Shown piece by piece: positions 60,693 through 64,000 of a DNA stretch of 64,000 nucleotides (positions are counted from its first letter, which is position 1; each line of letters starts with the position of its first letter). The notes beneath the pieces were generated by a model. It was not told the origin of the DNA. It saw only the letters and a list, made by a program, of their open reading frames with translations, and did no database searches. Source of the DNA: an uncultured Erysipelotrichaceae bacterium (GTDB taxonomy: Bacteria > Bacillota_I > Bacilli_A > RF39 > UBA660); assembly GCA_902789425.1 (NCBI GenBank), contig CADANX010000001.1, positions 16,206 to 80,205 of the forward strand, read 5' to 3'. Position numbers and translations under genes: made by a program.

Positions 60693-61064
60693 ATGAAAAG
60701 AATAGAAGTTCAAAATGATAACGGAAATTACAATATTGATATCTTAGAAGATAATAAATATTTAGCAGGAACTATTATTGATATTAAAAGAAAACAATTT
60801 TACTTGATAATTCCAGAAGGATATGATCAAAGTTCAGTAGATTTTCTTGTGGAAAACATTATTGACAAGATTTCATTAAAAAAATTCAATAAAGAAAAGA
60901 ATGAAAGAGTTGGTGAAATAAAGTCTTATTCTAAAGAAGTTTTATTAAGAATATTTGCTGAATTTGGACTAGAATTATCTTATAATGATGCAGATTTAGA
61001 TAATTATTCAGTATTATCAAATAATAATAATTTCGTTAATGAAGTTAAATACATTAATATATAA
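60693..61064 (+). CDS. hypothetical protein
   Basis: 123 aa, with GGGGG upstream of the ATG and its own promoter and terminator. No family was recognised. Confidence 0.5.
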   Translation: MKRIEVQNDNGNYNIDILEDNKYLAGTIIDIKRKQFYLIIPEGYDQSSVDFLVENIIDKISLKKFNKEKNERVGEIKSYSKEVLLRIFAEFGLELSYNDADLDNYSVLSNNNNFVNEVKYINI

Positions 61065-61070
61065 AGAAAT

Positions 61071-61093
61071 AAGCACGATACAGTGCTTTTTTT
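61071..61093 (+). terminator. intrinsic terminator
   Basis: AAGCAC-gataca-GTGCTT followed by a T-run. Confidence 0.6.
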
Positions 61094-61127
61094 CTGTAAA
61101 ATAAAAAAAGTTTTTTTGTAAAATGTA

Positions 61128-61156
61128 TTGACTTTAAAACAATTATCTAGTAGAAT
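61128..61156 (+). promoter_or_regulatory. sigma-A type promoter for rpoB
   Basis: TTGACT (61128), a 17-nt spacer, then TAGAAT (61151). Confidence 0.55.
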
Positions 61157-61232
61157 TTTAAATTGGTACTATGTCCTCTTTTTTAGGTCTTAGGGACATG
61201 TTCTTTGAATATTATTGTTAGGGGTGAAACAT

Positions 61233-64000
61233 GTGGCTTACAAAGTAAGAAAAGTATGTAAAGATCGTGAAAGAAGAGATTTTTCAAAGATAGAAAATTC
61301 TCTTGAACTTAAGGATTTGCTAGAAATCCAAAAAAAATCATATCAATGGTTTACCGAAGAAGGAATAAAGGAAGTTTTAGAGGAACTTTTTCCTGTTGAA
61401 AACTTTGCTGGTACTTTATCACTAGAAATAGGTGATTATTCTTTTGAAGCGCCTAGATTAACAATCAAGGAGTGTAAAGAAAGAAAATCAACTTTTGCTT
61501 CTCCATTAAAAGTACAAGCTCGTTTATTTAATAACGAAACTGGTGAAGTTAAAGAACAAGAATTATTCTTTGGTGATATGCCTATGATGACTGATAGTGG
61601 TACATTCATAATCAATGGTGCTGAAAGAGTAATTGTATCACAATTAGTTCGTTCACCTAGTGTTTATTATGGTGTTGAAGTTGATAAGAACGGAAGAAAA
61701 ATATTTACTTCCCAAATAATACCTAATAGAGGAACTTGGCTTGAATTCAAATTAAATAGTAAAGATGCTGTTGATATCAGAATTGATAGAAATAGAAAAG
61801 TAACAGCAGCTACTTTTTTACGTGCATTTGGACTATCAAGCAATGAAGATATGTTAGATTTATATGGTGATAGTGTATATTTAAAAAATACAATAGATAA
61901 GGATTCTACAACTAATACTGATGAAGCTTTAATTGAAATATATGAAAAGTTAAAACCAGGAGAACCTGCTACACTAGATTCTGCAAAGAACCAATTAATT
62001 ACAAGATTCTTTGATATGTTTAGATATGACTTATCTAAAGTTGGTAGATATAAATTTAACAAAAAATTAGATGTATGTGATAGATTATTTAATAGAACAC
62101 TTGCAGAAGATATCAAAGTTGATGGTAAAGTTAAATTCAAAAAAGGTACTCTAATTAATAGAGAAGTTTTTGATGAACTAAAACCATTATTACATGATGG
62201 ACTTAACTTAATTGAAGTTAAAATAAATGAAGAACTTGATACTTATAATAAAGTACAATTAGTTAAAGTATATGCACCAAATGATGAAACTAAAGTTGTA
62301 AATATTATTGGTAATGATCCAAGTATTAAAGAAAAAAGATTAACTATATCTGATATATATGCATCAGTTTCATATTACTTAAACTTACTTGAAGGAATTG
62401 GTAATCTTGATGAAATCGATCACTTATCAAATCGTAGAGTAAAACAAGTTGGTGAACTTATTCAAAATCAATTTAGAATAGGTGTTACTAGAATGGAAAA
62501 AGTTATTCGTGAAAGAATGACTACATTAGATGAAGCAGAAGCTACACCTAAATCTTTAATTAATATTAGACCAATAACTGCTGTTATCAAAGAATTCTTT
62601 GGTAGTTCTCAGTTATCTCAATTCATGGATCAAGTTAATCCTGTATCAGAACTTACAAATAAAAGACGTTTATCTTCTCTAGGACCAGGTGGTCTTTCTA
62701 GAGAAAGAGCTGCTATGGAAGTTCGTGACGTTAACGAATCACACTATGGTAGAATTTGTCCAATTGAATCTCCAGAAGGTGCTAACATAGGTCTTATTAC
62801 ATCATTAGCTAACTATGCTAAGATTAATGAATACGGATTTATTATGTCACCTTATAGAAGAGTTAAAAATGGTGAATTATTAGATGAAATCGATTATTTA
62901 ACTGCTGATGAAGAATTAGATTATGTTATTTCTCAAGCAACAGTTAAAATGGATGGAAATAAAATAGTAGATGAAGAAGTTGCTGCTAGATTTAGAGGTG
63001 AAAATATAATTTCTTCTCCAAAAGATGTTAATTATATTGACGTATCACCACAACAAATTATTTCAGTTACTGCATCTTGTATTCCATTCCTAGATCACGA
63101 TGATGCTCACCGTGCACTAATGGGTGCAAACATGCAACGTCAAGCATTGCCATTATTAAAACCAGAAGCTCCACTTGTTGGTACTGGTGTTGAATATATG
63201 GTTGCTAGAGACAGTGGTGCAACAGTTGTTGCTAAAGCAGACGGTGTTGTTGAATATGTTGATGGAAAACAAATCGTTGTTAAAACTGTTGGTGGTAAAG
63301 ATGTTTATACATTAATGAACTTCGAAGGAAGTAACAATGGAACATGTTATCATCAAAAACCAATTGTTAAAGTTGGAGAAAAAGTTAAAAGAAATATGAT
63401 TATAGCTGATGGACCTAGTACAGATAAAGGTGAACTTGCTTTAGGTAAAAACCTTACAGTTGCATTCATGACTTACAATGGATTTAACTATGAGGATGCT
63501 GTAATCTTAAATGAAAAATTAGTAAATGATGATGCATTTACATCTATCCACATTGAAAGTTATTCAATTCAATGTAGAGATACAAAACTTGGACCTGAAG
63601 AAATTACTAGGGATATTCCTAATGTTTCTGAAGAAGCAAGAAAGAACTTAGATGAAAATGGTATCGTTAGAATAGGTACAGAAGTTAAAGAAAACGATAT
63701 ATTAGTTGGTAAAGTTACACCAAAGGGTGTGGTTGAATTAACTTCAGAAGAAAAATTATTACATGCTATATTTGGTGAAAAAACAAGAGAAGTTCGTGAC
63801 ACATCATTACGTGTTCCAAATGGTGGCGCTGGTATTGTTCATGATATTAAAGTTTATACTAAAAAAGATAATGATGAACTTGCTAGTGGCGTAAGCATGG
63901 AAATAAGAGTATATATTGTTCAAAAGAGAAAAATTCAAGTAGGAGATAAAATGTCTGGTCGTCACGGTAACAAAGGTGTTATCTCATTAGTATTACCAGA
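61233..64000 (+). CDS. rpoB: DNA-directed RNA polymerase beta subunit, N-terminal about 922 aa (runs off the right edge)
   Basis: Not in the ORF track because it is open-ended. It has a GTG start after AGGGGTGA. The translation reads [40 protein letters not shown]...[24 protein letters not shown]...MGANMQRQA. The track ORFs 61667-62140 and 63569-63802 are antisense shadows. Confidence 0.97.
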   Translation, partial: MAYKVRKVCKDRERRDFSKIENSLELKDLLEIQKKSYQWFTEEGIKEVLEELFPVENFAGTLSLEIGDYSFEAPRLTIKECKERKSTFASPLKVQARLFNNETGEVKEQELFFGDMPMMTDSGTFIINGAERVIVSQLVRSPSVYYGVEVDKNGRKIFTSQIIPNRGTWLEFKLNSKDAVDIRIDRNRKVTAATFLRAFGLSSNEDMLDLYGDSVYLKNTIDKDSTTNTDEALIEIYEKLKPGEPATLDSAKNQLITRFFDMFRYDLSKVGRYKFNKKLDVCDRLFNRTLAEDIKVDGKVKFKKGTLINREVFDELKPLLHDGLNLIEVKINEELDTYNKVQLVKVYAPNDETKVVNIIGNDPSIKEKRLTISDIYASVSYYLNLLEGIGNLDEIDHLSNRRVKQVGELIQNQFRIGVTRMEKVIRERMTTLDEAEATPKSLINIRPITAVIKEFFGSSQLSQFMDQVNPVSELTNKRRLSSLGPGGLSRERAAMEVRDVNESHYGRICPIESPEGANIGLITSLANYAKINEYGFIMSPYRRVKNGELLDEIDYLTADEELDYVISQATVKMDGNKIVDEEVAARFRGENIISSPKDVNYIDVSPQQIISVTASCIPFLDHDDAHRALMGANMQRQALPLLKPEAPLVGTGVEYMVARDSGATVVAKADGVVEYVDGKQIVVKTVGGKDVYTLMNFEGSNNGTCYHQKPIVKVGEKVKRNMIIADGPSTDKGELALGKNLTVAFMTYNGFNYEDAVILNEKLVNDDAFTSIHIESYSIQCRDTKLGPEEITRDIPNVSEEARKNLDENGIVRIGTEVKENDILVGKVTPKGVVELTSEEKLLHAIFGEKTREVRDTSLRVPNGGAGIVHDIKVYTKKDNDELASGVSMEIRVYIVQKRKIQVGDKMSGRHGNKGVISLVLP

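Noticed and set aside
61667-63802. Minus-strand ORFs 61667-62140 and 63569-63802, listed as the only ORFs in this region.
   Set aside because: Both lie antisense within the open-ended rpoB reading frame (61233 to the window end). That frame translates into canonical RpoB motifs and is missing from the track only because it has no stop in the window.

Overview
Very AT-rich (about one quarter G+C by eye) chromosomal replication-origin region of an endospore-forming Firmicute. The genetic code is standard: TGA acts as a stop and occurs in ATGA start/stop overlaps. I call about 75 protein genes, almost all housekeeping, and most point away from the origin. The left arm is on the minus strand: rpmE (truncated at the window edge), murA, a membrane-protein/lipoprotein pair, spoIIR, prmC, prfA, rpoE, argS, a Noc-type ParB-family gene, rsmG, mnmG, an HD hydrolase, murD, a GNAT, gpsA, mnmE, jag, yidC, rnpA and rpmH. 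Next, on the plus strand, come murE, an unknown ORF and murF, then a DnaA-box cluster, dnaA, an AT-rich spacer and dnaN. These are followed by a comK-like gene, recF, gyrB, gyrA, a minimal SRP RNA, tadA, dnaX, ybaB, recR, bofA, holB, ricT/yaaT, two methyltransferases, pth, mfd, spoVT, dut and metG. The window ends with small unknown genes, rmuC, tatD, ksgA, yabG, veg, spoVG, yabP, yabQ, divIC, mrnC, rlmB, sigH, secE, nusG, rplKAJL, a methyltransferase, an orphan ORF and rpoB. rpoB is truncated at the right edge and is absent from the ORF track. I saw no rRNA, tRNA, CRISPR array, transposase, integrase, prophage or recognisable defence gene, and no convincing novel multi-gene system. The most unusual content is non-coding centromere and nucleoid-occlusion architecture. 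Three tandem perfect or near-perfect parS sites lie between tadA and dnaX. Two directly abutting Noc-binding sites lie just after gyrA. The only ParB-family gene in the window looks Noc-type, lacks the N-terminal amphipathic helix, and has no soj/spo0J neighbours. Other points of interest are a bipartite oriC separated from rpmH by murE-orf-murF, comK in the dnaN-recF slot, and an approximately 73-nt SRP RNA in a genome with sporulation genes. There are also duplicated L1-binding-like motifs and terminator hairpins that sequester the RBS of two forespore genes. All protein calls rest on remembered family motifs and Bacillus-type synteny. No database search was run.
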